In this document: one piece after another, positions 28,324 to 36,953 of the stretch | Numbering within the stretch: position 1 is the stretch's first letter | How the letters are laid out: every line of letters starts with the position of its first letter | Assembly: GCA_038231275.1 (NCBI GenBank) | Contig: JBBRLQ010000005.1 | Location: 288,001-352,000, forward strand | Direction: 5' to 3' | DNA length: 64,000 nt | Source: Polyangiales bacterium | Lineage (GTDB): Bacteria; Myxococcota_A; Polyangia; Polyangiales; Polyangiaceae | Program-made: the position numbers and the translations under genes | The notes under the pieces: model-generated | Seen by the model: only the letters and a program-made list of their open reading frames with translations | What the model was told of the DNA's origin: nothing | The model's database searches: none

Positions 28324-29217
28324 TCAGAGCTCGGCGGCGGCTTTTCGTAGCTGCTCTTGGATCGCGCTGGGCGCGGGCATCTTCGCGTCACGGAATGCGC
28401 GCGCCATCGCGTCGGAGCTCCCGTAGCCGACCACGCGCGCGATCTCGCCGACCGTCGCCCCTTCGGCGCTCAACAGGATCACCGAGAGCTTGAGGCGCAG
28501 GTGACGCGTCGCCGGTCGCCATCCGGCACCGACGAGGCCGAACGCGGTCACGAAGTCGCGCACGTGGCGGTCGATCTGGCGCCCCGAGACGCCGGTAGCG
28601 TCGCTCACCTCCTGGATGGTGGGCGCGAGGTAGAGACGCTCGACCATCGGGCGGAGCGCGGACCACAGGCGCGCGAACGTCGGTGACGTGGGCTTGAGCG
28701 CGACGTCGACCGCCTCGCTCGTGATCACCCCTGCGCTCGCGAGGCCATGGAGGAGATCCGTCATCGGCGTCACCAGATCGTCGTCGCCGGCATGGGCGGA
28801 CAACGCGGCGATGCGCTCGGCGGCGGCCCAGGTCGCCGCGTCGAGCACGAGGGGAGTCGACGGCACGCGGACGTCGCGCTGCGCGACGTGGAGCTCGATC
28901 GCGCGATATGGCGCGCCGCTCGCGCGAAGCGGCATCGACCGAACGCCGCGCTCGCCGTCGAGCTGCTCCTCAGTGAGCACGAACGCGCAGGGCCCCTCGC
29001 GGACGGTGGCCTCCGCGCCGAACGTGCGGAAGGTGCCGCTCAAGAGGAGGTAGACGCATGCGTTCGGCTTGGCCTCGCCCTCGATCGGCGGGACGAAGCG
29101 CGTGTCGAGCGTCAGGCCGTCGCGCTCGACCATGACCGACCAGATCCGACCGCCGAAGGTCACGGCCCAGCCGATCCGACCCTTTCCGATCGTGGAGGAG
29201 CCCCGCGCGACGAGCAT
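28324..29217 (-). CDS. AraC-family transcriptional regulator
   Basis: C-terminal double HTH: PTIQEVSDATGVSGRQIDR and TVGEIARVVGYGSSDAMARAFR. Confidence 0.85.
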   Translation of the reverse strand: MLVARGSSTIGKGRIGWAVTFGGRIWSVMVERDGLTLDTRFVPPIEGEAKPNACVYLLLSGTFRTFGAEATVREGPCAFVLTEEQLDGERGVRSMPLRASGAPYRAIELHVAQRDVRVPSTPLVLDAATWAAAERIAALSAHAGDDDLVTPMTDLLHGLASAGVITSEAVDVALKPTSPTFARLWSALRPMVERLYLAPTIQEVSDATGVSGRQIDRHVRDFVTAFGLVGAGWRPATRHLRLKLSVILLSAEGATVGEIARVVGYGSSDAMARAFRDAKMPAPSAIQEQLRKAAAEL

Positions 29218-29262
29218 CGCCCGAGCCTAGCAGGTGGGCACAAACCCCTTGCAAACAGGGGT

Positions 29263-29290
29263 TTGACAATATTCCGACTGGTCGTAATAT
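29263..29290 (+). promoter_or_regulatory. tetR promoter overlapped by a palindromic operator
   Basis: TTGACA 29263-29268 and TAATAT 29285-29290; ATATTCCGACTGGTCGTAATAT (29269-29290) matches its reverse complement at 18 of 22 positions. Confidence 0.7.
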
Positions 29291-29295
29291 ATCCC

Positions 29296-29919
29296 GTGGA
29301 ACCGAAAACGGCAAAGGCGCGCGCGACGCACCTCCGGATCTTGCGAGAGGCGGCGCAGCTCTTCAGCGTCCGCGGGTATTTCCACACGACGGTGGACGAC
29401 GTGATGGCGCGCGCCGGGCTCACCAAGGGCGGCTTCTACGCCCACTTCGCGTCGAAGGACGCGCTCGTCCGCGCCGTCATCGATCACGCGACGGGCCTTT
29501 GGATGAGCAAGGTCGCCGTCCACGTCTCGCGCTACGGCGATCCGCGCGAGCAGCTCCGGCAGGTGCTGGAGGGCTACCGCCTCTACGCGATCGAGCGGAC
29601 GTTCGAAGGAGGCTGCCTCTTCGTCAATCTCGCGATCGAGCTCGACGATCAAGACGAGGAGCTGCGGGCCCTCGTCGAAGAGCGCTTCGCGCAGTTCCGC
29701 GCGATGGTGGCGACGATCGTGGAGCTGGGGAAGGCGCAGAGCCTGTTCCGCCCAGACACGCCGTCGGAGGAGCTCGCGGGCGTCGTCGTCGCGCACCTCA
29801 CCGGCACGATGATGCAGGCCAAAGTGAGCCGCGACTTCGGGCTCTTCGATCGAGGCAACGCGATCATCGTTCGGCTCCTCGCCTCGTACGAGACCTCCGC
29901 ACGCAAAGGCCACTCATGA
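29296..29919 (+). CDS. TetR/AcrR-family regulator
   Basis: ILREAAQLFSVRGYFHTTVDDVMARAGLTKGGFYAHFASKDAL; GGCLFVN in the C-terminal domain. Confidence 0.93.
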   Translation: MEPKTAKARATHLRILREAAQLFSVRGYFHTTVDDVMARAGLTKGGFYAHFASKDALVRAVIDHATGLWMSKVAVHVSRYGDPREQLRQVLEGYRLYAIERTFEGGCLFVNLAIELDDQDEELRALVEERFAQFRAMVATIVELGKAQSLFRPDTPSEELAGVVVAHLTGTMMQAKVSRDFGLFDRGNAIIVRLLASYETSARKGHS

Positions 29920-30329
29920 TCCGTACGCTCCGCCTCCTTCGCCGCTTCGCCCTCCTAACGTCGGGGGCGACGTTCGCCGTCATCGGCGTCCTCGCGGTCT
30001 TCGCGCCCGCGGCGGTCGCGCGCGCGTACGGTCTGGCGCTTGTCGGCGTCGATGGGCTCGCCGAGTTTCGCGCGGTATTTACGGGGTTCTGGCTCTCGCT
30101 GGCGTACGCGATGGTCACCGCCGCGACGCGAAGGCGCGACGTGCCGCTCCTCGGCAACGTGTGCGGTGTGATGATCCTCTGCCAGTCGCTCGCGCGGCTC
30201 GCGAGCCTCGGCCTCGACGGACGCCCGAGCTGGCCGTTCGTCAGCGCGCTCGTCATGGAGCTCGGCACCGCGTGCGCGATCCTCGCTCCCACCGTGCTCG
30301 AAGCGCGCGTCGTCGCGGCGGCGCGATGA
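29916..30329 (+). CDS. DUF4345-like small membrane protein
   Basis: ATGA coupling to tetR; four hydrophobic segments; AEFRAVFTG and RLASLGLDGRP motifs. Confidence 0.75.
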   Translation: MIRTLRLLRRFALLTSGATFAVIGVLAVFAPAAVARAYGLALVGVDGLAEFRAVFTGFWLSLAYAMVTAATRRRDVPLLGNVCGVMILCQSLARLASLGLDGRPSWPFVSALVMELGTACAILAPTVLEARVVAAAR

Positions 30330-30405
30330 GCCACCTCGAACTCCCCGACACCGCGGCGCAGGGGTAGACGGCAGCGTCCACTCCCTGACACGATGGGCGT
30401 GCGCG

Positions 30406-31593
30406 ATGCCGACCGTGAACGACATCTTCGAGTGGCTCGTCGACGGCGCGCCGGGTGCGGCCGGGCCCGCGGAGATCGTCCAGCGCATGTGCGACGACCT
30501 CATCGAGGCAGGAATTCCCCTCGATCGCGCGGTCGCGTTCGTGCGCACGCTCCACCCGCACATCATGGGTCGCGCGTTTCGGTACGAGCGCGGCGCGAAG
30601 GTGCGGACCACCGAGGCGTCGTACGCGCAGCTCAATGCACCGGGATTTCTGCAGAGCCCGGTCGCCGCGGTCTACAAATCGCGCGCGCCCCACCGGAGGC
30701 GGCTCATGGACCCGTCGTGCCCGCGCGATCACGCGATGATCGAGGAGCTCGCGAAGGAGGGCTTCACCGACTACGTCGCCTTGCCGCTTCTTTTCCTGGG
30801 CGGCGAGGTCCACGTCATCACGCTCGCGACGAAGGCGCCCGCCGGCTTCACCGACGCGCACATCGCCGATCTGCAGCACGTGGCGCGTCCGCTCGCGCGC
30901 GTCGCCGAGATCCTCGGTCTCCGTCGCACCGCGGTGAACCTGCTCAATACCTACGTTGGGCGCGACGCGGGCGAGCGGATCCTCGCCGGCAAGATCCAGC
31001 GCGGCGACACCGACACGATGCGCGCGATCATCTGGTTCTCGGATCTGCGCGGGTTCACGCAGCTGGCGTCGCAGATCACGCCGAGCACGCTCATCGGCGT
31101 GCTGAACGACCTCTTCGAGTGCCAGGTCCCCGCGATCCTCGCGCACGGCGGCGAGGTCCTGAAATTCATCGGCGATGGGCTCCTCGCGATCTTCCCGCTC
31201 GAAGGAGTGGAGGCGACGCCCACGCGGGTGTGCGACGCGGCCTTCGCGGCGGCGGAGGGAGCGTTCGGCGCCCTCGCGACGCTGAACACGGCGCGCGTCG
31301 GGCGAGGGGAGGCGCCGATCAAATTCGGCCTCGCGCTCCACACCGGCGAGATCGCATACGGCAACATCGGCGGCGCGGGGCGCCTCGATTTCACGTGTAT
31401 CGGCCCTGCCGTCAACGTCGCGTCGCGCCTCGAGGGGCTCACCGGCAACGCCAACCGCCCCGTCGTCGCGAGCGCGGAGATTGCGGCGCTCACCACGCGC
31501 CGCCTCGATGTGCTCGGCTCCTTCACGCTCAAGGGCGTGCCCGAACCGCAGCAAGTCTTCGCACCCGCCGACGGCGTGCTCGCGTCGTTCTGA
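30406..31593 (+). CDS. Soluble class III adenylate/guanylate cyclase with GAF-like N-terminus
   Basis: WFSDLRGFT, KFIGDG, LHTGEIAYGNIG, DFTCIGPAVNVASRLE. Confidence 0.92.
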   Translation: MPTVNDIFEWLVDGAPGAAGPAEIVQRMCDDLIEAGIPLDRAVAFVRTLHPHIMGRAFRYERGAKVRTTEASYAQLNAPGFLQSPVAAVYKSRAPHRRRLMDPSCPRDHAMIEELAKEGFTDYVALPLLFLGGEVHVITLATKAPAGFTDAHIADLQHVARPLARVAEILGLRRTAVNLLNTYVGRDAGERILAGKIQRGDTDTMRAIIWFSDLRGFTQLASQITPSTLIGVLNDLFECQVPAILAHGGEVLKFIGDGLLAIFPLEGVEATPTRVCDAAFAAAEGAFGALATLNTARVGRGEAPIKFGLALHTGEIAYGNIGGAGRLDFTCIGPAVNVASRLEGLTGNANRPVVASAEIAALTTRRLDVLGSFTLKGVPEPQQVFAPADGVLASF

Positions 31594-31710
31594 CGCCCGT
31601 GTCGATGTCCGAGCGGCAGCGCACGGCGAACATCGACAACGAACCGAAGCCGGAGCGCCGCGTCGCCGCTCTCCGCGCGCTCGGTGCGCTGCGCTCGTTC
31701 TTGCCCTGAT

Positions 31711-32295
31711 TCAGCGGCCGCCGTGCTGCCCGATCCGTGCCGTCGCGTTGCAGCTGCACTCCTCGTCGAGGCAGCGGAACCGCACGCGCTCGCATCGGTG
31801 GCACACGGTCAGCGTTTCGTAGTCCTCCGGCCGCGCGAGCGCGTCCGCCGCGAAGAGCGAGAGGACACGGTACGCGAGGCGCATGCGCGGCGAGGCGAGC
31901 GGGATCCACCCGATCGCCCGCGTCTCTCCCACGACGCGATGAAGCGCGTGCTCCGCCTCGAGCCGCTGCGCGAAGGCCGTCTTCGTCCGAGAGATCGCCA
32001 CGTTCTCGAGCACCGTGAGGACACGGACGTGGGCGTCCGCGAGAAGATCGTCGACGGCGGCGGGCTCAATCGACCGCCGCGGCACGTTCCCCGCGCCCGC
32101 GGGAGGCGGCAACGAGCCCGACCGCGTCGCCTCACGGTACGGACCAACGAGCCACGCCGCGAGATCGGCCTTGGTCCATCGCTCCGCGCCGTTGGTGAAC
32201 GCAAGACCCGCCGTACGGCAGCGCTCGGCCAGATCTTCGACGCGACCGCCATGCGGGGGCAGACTCGAAGGTCGACCGTGGGGGGACGCGTCCAT
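31711..32295 (-). CDS. Hypothetical protein with C-terminal Cys cluster (putative Zn-binding)
   Basis: ATG 32295; coding-like composition; ends LTVCHRCERVRFRCLDEECSC. Confidence 0.6.
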   Translation of the reverse strand: MDASPHGRPSSLPPHGGRVEDLAERCRTAGLAFTNGAERWTKADLAAWLVGPYREATRSGSLPPPAGAGNVPRRSIEPAAVDDLLADAHVRVLTVLENVAISRTKTAFAQRLEAEHALHRVVGETRAIGWIPLASPRMRLAYRVLSLFAADALARPEDYETLTVCHRCERVRFRCLDEECSCNATARIGQHGGR

Positions 32296-32438
32296 GGTCG
32301 GTAGTTGTGCAAGCCTGAAGCCACCCAAAATCCCCTGTAAATGGCGTGCGCCGTGCGGCATTTGTGCACCCGGAGTGCACGCCACGCATCATTTGTGCAC
32401 CAGTTGAGTGCCAGCGCCCCGCGGTGTAAACGGCTGCC

Positions 32439-35360
32439 ATGGCGTCGCCCGATCTGCCCGTCCCGCCGCGGGGCACCCGCCCTCGTACCGTGGAGCGCAT
32501 GCCCGTGCGCACGCCGCGTGGCGCGAGGGAGCCGGACTTCATCGAGATCCGCGGCGCGCGCGAGCACAACCTCGACATCGCGCACCTGTCCATTCCGAAG
32601 CGGCAGCTCGTGGTCTTCACCGGCCCCAGCGGCTCCGGAAAGTCGAGCCTGGCGTTCGACACGCTCTACGCCGAAGGTCAGCGCCGCTACGTCGAGACCC
32701 TGAGCGCGTACGCTCGGCAATTCCTCGGACAGCTCGAGCGCCCGAAGGTGGACCATCTGCGCGGCCTCTCGCCGACCATCGCCATCGAGCAGAAGAGCGC
32801 GTCGAGCAACCCGCGTTCGACTGTCGGAACCATCACCGAAATTTACGACTACTTGCGTGTCCTCTACGCAAAGGCGGGTGAGCAGCGCTGCCCGACGTGC
32901 GGCAAGAGGGTCAAGGAGCAAGGGCCGCAGTCGATCGCGCGCGAGCTCATGGCGCTCCCCTCCGGCACCAAAGCGACCCTCCTCGCGCCGCTCGTCACCC
33001 ACCGAAAGGGGGAATTTCGCGAGATCTTCGAGGGTCTCCGCGCCCAGGGCTTCGCGCGGGTCGTGATCGACGGCAAATCCGCGAAGCTCGACGAGCTCGG
33101 CCCCCTCGACAAGAAGAAGAAGCACACCATTCTCCTCGTCGTCGATCGCGTGGTGGTGCGCGATCAGGACCGCGCGCGCGTCGGCGAGGCGGTCGAGCTC
33201 GGTCTGCGCGAAGGAAAGGGCGAGCTCCACGTCGAGATCGACGGCGCCGCGACGCGCACCTACAGCCAGTCGCGCTCGTGCTGCGGCGCCGCGTTCCCGG
33301 AGCTGTCGCCGCAGAGCTTCTCGTTCAATTCACCGCTCGGCATGTGCCCCGCGTGCACCGGCCTCGGAAAGCGCGACGAGGTCGATCCCGATCTGGTCAT
33401 CCCCGATTCGTCGCTCTCGATCAGACAGGGCGCGATCGCGCCGTGGGCGTCGGCGATGGCGAAGGGAGAGGGGTGGACCGCGCGGATCGTCGACGGCGTT
33501 GCGAAGGCGTTCAAAATCGATCTCGACGTTCCGTGGAAGAAGATCCCGAAGGCGAAGCAGAAGCTCGTCCTCTTCGGCGCGCAAGGAGAGCGCATCGCGA
33601 TCAAGTGGGGGCACGAGGGCTCGCTGTCGAGCGGCACATGGGCGATGCGCTACCAGGGCGTCGTCCCCAACCTCGAGCGAAAATTCCGGGAGACCTCCTC
33701 GGAGGCGGCGCGCGAGCTCTACCGGCGCTACCTCCGCGAGCGACCGTGCGACGCGTGCGGCGGCAAGCGCCTTCGCCCCGAGAGCCTCGCGGTGGCCGTC
33801 AGCGGCAAGTCCATCCACGACGTGACGCGCATGACGATCGTCGACGCCGCCGCACACACGCGAAGCCTCACGCTCACGCCGAGCGCGCGCACCATCAGCG
33901 AAGGCGCGCTCCGCGAGATCGACAGCCGCCTGCGCTTCCTCCTCGACGTCGGGCTCGACTACCTCACGCTCGACCGCGCCGGCCCGAGCCTGAGCGGCGG
34001 CGAGGCGCAGCGGATCCGTCTCGCGAGCCAGCTCGGGAGCGAGCTCTCCGGCGTCATGTACGTGTTGGACGAGCCGAGCATCGGCCTCCACCCCCGCGAC
34101 AACGCGCACCTCATCGCGACGCTCCAGCGCCTGCGCGACCTCGGCAACAGCGTCATCGTGGTCGAGCACGACGAAGAGACGATCCGCGCCGCCGACTACG
34201 TCGTCGATTTCGGGCCGGGCGCCGGACATCTGGGCGGCAAGGTCACCTTTGGCGGCACGCCGGAGGCGCTCGAGCAGAGCGACAGCCTCACCGGCGAGTA
34301 CCTCTCGGGCAAGAAGCGCATCGAGGTTCCCAAGACGCGCCGCGCCCCTCGTGGTTGGCTCGGCATCCACGGCGCGCGCGAGCACAACCTCCGGGGGATC
34401 GACGTAAAAATCCCGCTCGGCGTCCTCACCGCAGTCACCGGCGTGAGCGGCGCCGGCAAGAGCTCGCTGGTCAACGGGATCCTCCTCCCCGCGCTCGGCC
34501 GCGCGCTGCACGACAGCGTCGATCCGGTCGGCGCGCACGCGAAGATCACCGGCCTCGACGCACTCGACAAGGTGATCGCGATCGATCAGAAACCGATCGG
34601 CCGCACCCCGCGATCGAATCCAGGCACGTACACCAAGGCCTTCGATGCGATCCGCGAGGTCTTCGCCCAGCTCCCCGACGCGCGCGCGCGCGGCTGGGGC
34701 GCAGGTCGCTTCAGCTTCAACGTGAAGGGCGGGCGCTGCGAGGCGTGCAGCGGCGACGGTACCGTCAAGGTCGAGATGCACTTCCTCGCCGACGTGTACG
34801 TGCCCTGCGATGCATGCGGCACCAAGCGGTACAACGCAGAGACGCTGGAGGTCAGGTTCAAGGGCAAATCGATCCACGACGTCCTCGAGACGAGCGTGGA
34901 AGAATGCCGCGCCCTCTTCCATGCATTCCCGCAGCTCTCACGCATCCTGGGAACGCTCGGCGAGGTCGGGCTCGGCTACATGAAGGTCGGCCAACCCGCG
35001 CCGACGTTGAGCGGCGGCGAGGCGCAGCGCGTGAAGCTCAGTCGCGAGCTCGGCAAGGTTCAGACGGGGCGCACCCTCTACGTGCTCGACGAGCCCACGA
35101 CGGGCCTCCACTTCGAGGACATCCAGAAGCTCCTCGGCGTCCTGCATCGCCTCGTCCTTGCCGGCAACACGGTCGTCGTCATCGAGCACAACCTCGACGT
35201 CATCAAGTGCGCGGACTGGATCGTCGACCTCGGACCGGAGGGCGGCGCCCGCGGCGGCCTGCTCATCGCCGAGGGAACGCCCGAGCGCGTCGCTGCAACG
35301 GACGCATCGTTCACGGGCCAGCACCTCGCGAAGCTCCTCGCGCGCCGCTCGCTCCGCTGA
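32439..35360 (+). CDS. uvrA: Excinuclease ABC subunit A
   Basis: GAREHNL, GPSGSGKSSLAFDTLYAEGQRRY, two LSGGEAQR/LDEP ABC cassettes, FSFN Zn fingers. Start may be 32499. Confidence 0.98.
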   Translation: MASPDLPVPPRGTRPRTVERMPVRTPRGAREPDFIEIRGAREHNLDIAHLSIPKRQLVVFTGPSGSGKSSLAFDTLYAEGQRRYVETLSAYARQFLGQLERPKVDHLRGLSPTIAIEQKSASSNPRSTVGTITEIYDYLRVLYAKAGEQRCPTCGKRVKEQGPQSIARELMALPSGTKATLLAPLVTHRKGEFREIFEGLRAQGFARVVIDGKSAKLDELGPLDKKKKHTILLVVDRVVVRDQDRARVGEAVELGLREGKGELHVEIDGAATRTYSQSRSCCGAAFPELSPQSFSFNSPLGMCPACTGLGKRDEVDPDLVIPDSSLSIRQGAIAPWASAMAKGEGWTARIVDGVAKAFKIDLDVPWKKIPKAKQKLVLFGAQGERIAIKWGHEGSLSSGTWAMRYQGVVPNLERKFRETSSEAARELYRRYLRERPCDACGGKRLRPESLAVAVSGKSIHDVTRMTIVDAAAHTRSLTLTPSARTISEGALREIDSRLRFLLDVGLDYLTLDRAGPSLSGGEAQRIRLASQLGSELSGVMYVLDEPSIGLHPRDNAHLIATLQRLRDLGNSVIVVEHDEETIRAADYVVDFGPGAGHLGGKVTFGGTPEALEQSDSLTGEYLSGKKRIEVPKTRRAPRGWLGIHGAREHNLRGIDVKIPLGVLTAVTGVSGAGKSSLVNGILLPALGRALHDSVDPVGAHAKITGLDALDKVIAIDQKPIGRTPRSNPGTYTKAFDAIREVFAQLPDARARGWGAGRFSFNVKGGRCEACSGDGTVKVEMHFLADVYVPCDACGTKRYNAETLEVRFKGKSIHDVLETSVEECRALFHAFPQLSRILGTLGEVGLGYMKVGQPAPTLSGGEAQRVKLSRELGKVQTGRTLYVLDEPTTGLHFEDIQKLLGVLHRLVLAGNTVVVIEHNLDVIKCADWIVDLGPEGGARGGLLIAEGTPERVAATDASFTGQHLAKLLARRSLR

Positions 35361-35375
35361 GCCGTCCGCCGCGGT

Positions 35376-36944
35376 CTATTTTTTGACGAACGCGAGGGGC
35401 GTTCCGAGGTTCTTGCCCTTCTGGTTCGCCTTGGAGATCCCGCAGAGATCCAGCGCCGTAGCGTAGACGCTTCCGGCGTCGGACACGAAGCTGCTCGCGC
35501 TCTTCGTCCCCTTCAGCGCGCCGGTCGTCGCGTCGTACGCCGGGTCGAGCGTGCCATCCGGCATCGTGGGGATGGCGTCGAGCGACGTCGTACCCACTGC
35601 GCCGAACTGCGTTCCGCCCTTCACCGCGCCGCCCATGAACGCGACCGAGCTCGGGTTCCAGTGCTGGCACACGTCGTCGTCGCCGCCCCCCATCGAGCGC
35701 CCCATCTCCGACGCGAGCACGATCGTCGTGTAGTCGAAGTAGCTCTTGCCAGTCGCCGCGTACTGCGTGCTCTTGAGGCGCGCCACGAGCGCCTTCAGCG
35801 GCGTCCACATGTTGACGTCGATCTGGTTCTTCTGGTCGTACTGCCCCTTGTTCGAAAGCACGTTGGCGCGGCTGCGGTGGCTGTCGAAGCCGCGCACGTC
35901 GCGTGACTCGATCCAGAACGCGATCGACGCGCCCTTCGTCATGAGCTCGTAGGTCATGAGCGCCTGGACGTTCGTATTGGGCGAGTTCTTCGAGCGCGCG
36001 GGGTTGCCGTTGACCGCCGTGGACGTCGTCTGCTCGTCGGCGGTCTTCACGTTGAACTCGGTCCGCAACGTCGCGTCCGTGAACATCGTCGACGGATTCA
36101 ACGTCGCGCCGCCCGACACCAGCGCCGCGTGCGCCTGGACGGCCGCCGCGAACGCCTGGGTCGTCGTGCCGTGCTTGTCCTTGAGGAAGTTCGTATTCAG
36201 GTTCTCCACGAACTTGTGGATCTCCTTGTCGCGGCCCGCGCCCGAGGCCGCGGCCACCGACGCGATGCGCTGCCGCATGACCGTCGGGGTGCTCCCGTAG
36301 ATCGTGTTCGCGTACGCCGGTCCGAGCTTCTCGTAGTAGCCGGTGCCTTCGGGGTAGTCCGCTGAGCTGAGCTCACCGTCGGCGAGCCAGTTGTGCCAGC
36401 TGATGTGCGGCATGAAATACGCCGATCCGTACGCTTCGCAGAACGCCTGCATGACCGAGCGCTCGTCGGGCCCGCGCTTGGCCGAGAACGTCATGTCGTA
36501 TTTGCCCATGTGGTACTGGAGGCGGCTGCCGGAGTGGAACGTGCCGCCGTGGTGGCTCGACACGACCGCCATGTCGGGGAAGAGCGACGTTCCGCTCCCG
36601 GCGAGGTGCCCGTACTTGATGTTGCCCGACGTGCTCACCGGATAGAGACCGTTCACGAGCGCGATGTTGGGGCGGTAGATCTGATCGAGGGGCGCAGCAG
36701 TGGCGCCGCCGAGCGCGTCGTTGCGCGTGGCGACGGGGTTCAGCATCGAATAGCCGTCCCAGCCTCCCTCGTTGAACCAGTAGATGAGGAAGCGCGGCTG
36801 GCCGACGACCTGCGCCGCCGCCTCCGCGAGCCCGAGCGAGCGCGCGGTGCCGGGCACGCCGTTTTGGCGGAAGTACCGCATCCAGTCGAGCATGCCGATC
36901 GCATACGAGCCGCTGACCGCCGCGAGGAATTCTCTACGTTTCAT
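35376..36944 (-). CDS. DUF1501-family Tat-exported protein
   Basis: MKRREFL twin-arginine motif; IYWFNEGGWD, GFDSH, IVLASEMGR, QHW...FMGGAVKGG. Confidence 0.8.
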   Translation of the reverse strand: MKRREFLAAVSGSYAIGMLDWMRYFRQNGVPGTARSLGLAEAAAQVVGQPRFLIYWFNEGGWDGYSMLNPVATRNDALGGATAAPLDQIYRPNIALVNGLYPVSTSGNIKYGHLAGSGTSLFPDMAVVSSHHGGTFHSGSRLQYHMGKYDMTFSAKRGPDERSVMQAFCEAYGSAYFMPHISWHNWLADGELSSADYPEGTGYYEKLGPAYANTIYGSTPTVMRQRIASVAAASGAGRDKEIHKFVENLNTNFLKDKHGTTTQAFAAAVQAHAALVSGGATLNPSTMFTDATLRTEFNVKTADEQTTSTAVNGNPARSKNSPNTNVQALMTYELMTKGASIAFWIESRDVRGFDSHRSRANVLSNKGQYDQKNQIDVNMWTPLKALVARLKSTQYAATGKSYFDYTTIVLASEMGRSMGGGDDDVCQHWNPSSVAFMGGAVKGGTQFGAVGTTSLDAIPTMPDGTLDPAYDATTGALKGTKSASSFVSDAGSVYATALDLCGISKANQKGKNLGTPLAFVKK

Positions 36945-36953
36945 GGTCTCTCC

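Noticed and set aside
31605-31709. 34-aa ORF MSERQRTANIDNE... after the cyclase
   Set aside because: No RBS or recognisable motif; likely chance in the gap between convergent genes.
32820-32872. Short A/T-richer patch in uvrA
   Set aside because: Too short and weak to separate from amino-acid composition (TEIYDYLRVLYAK) without statistics.
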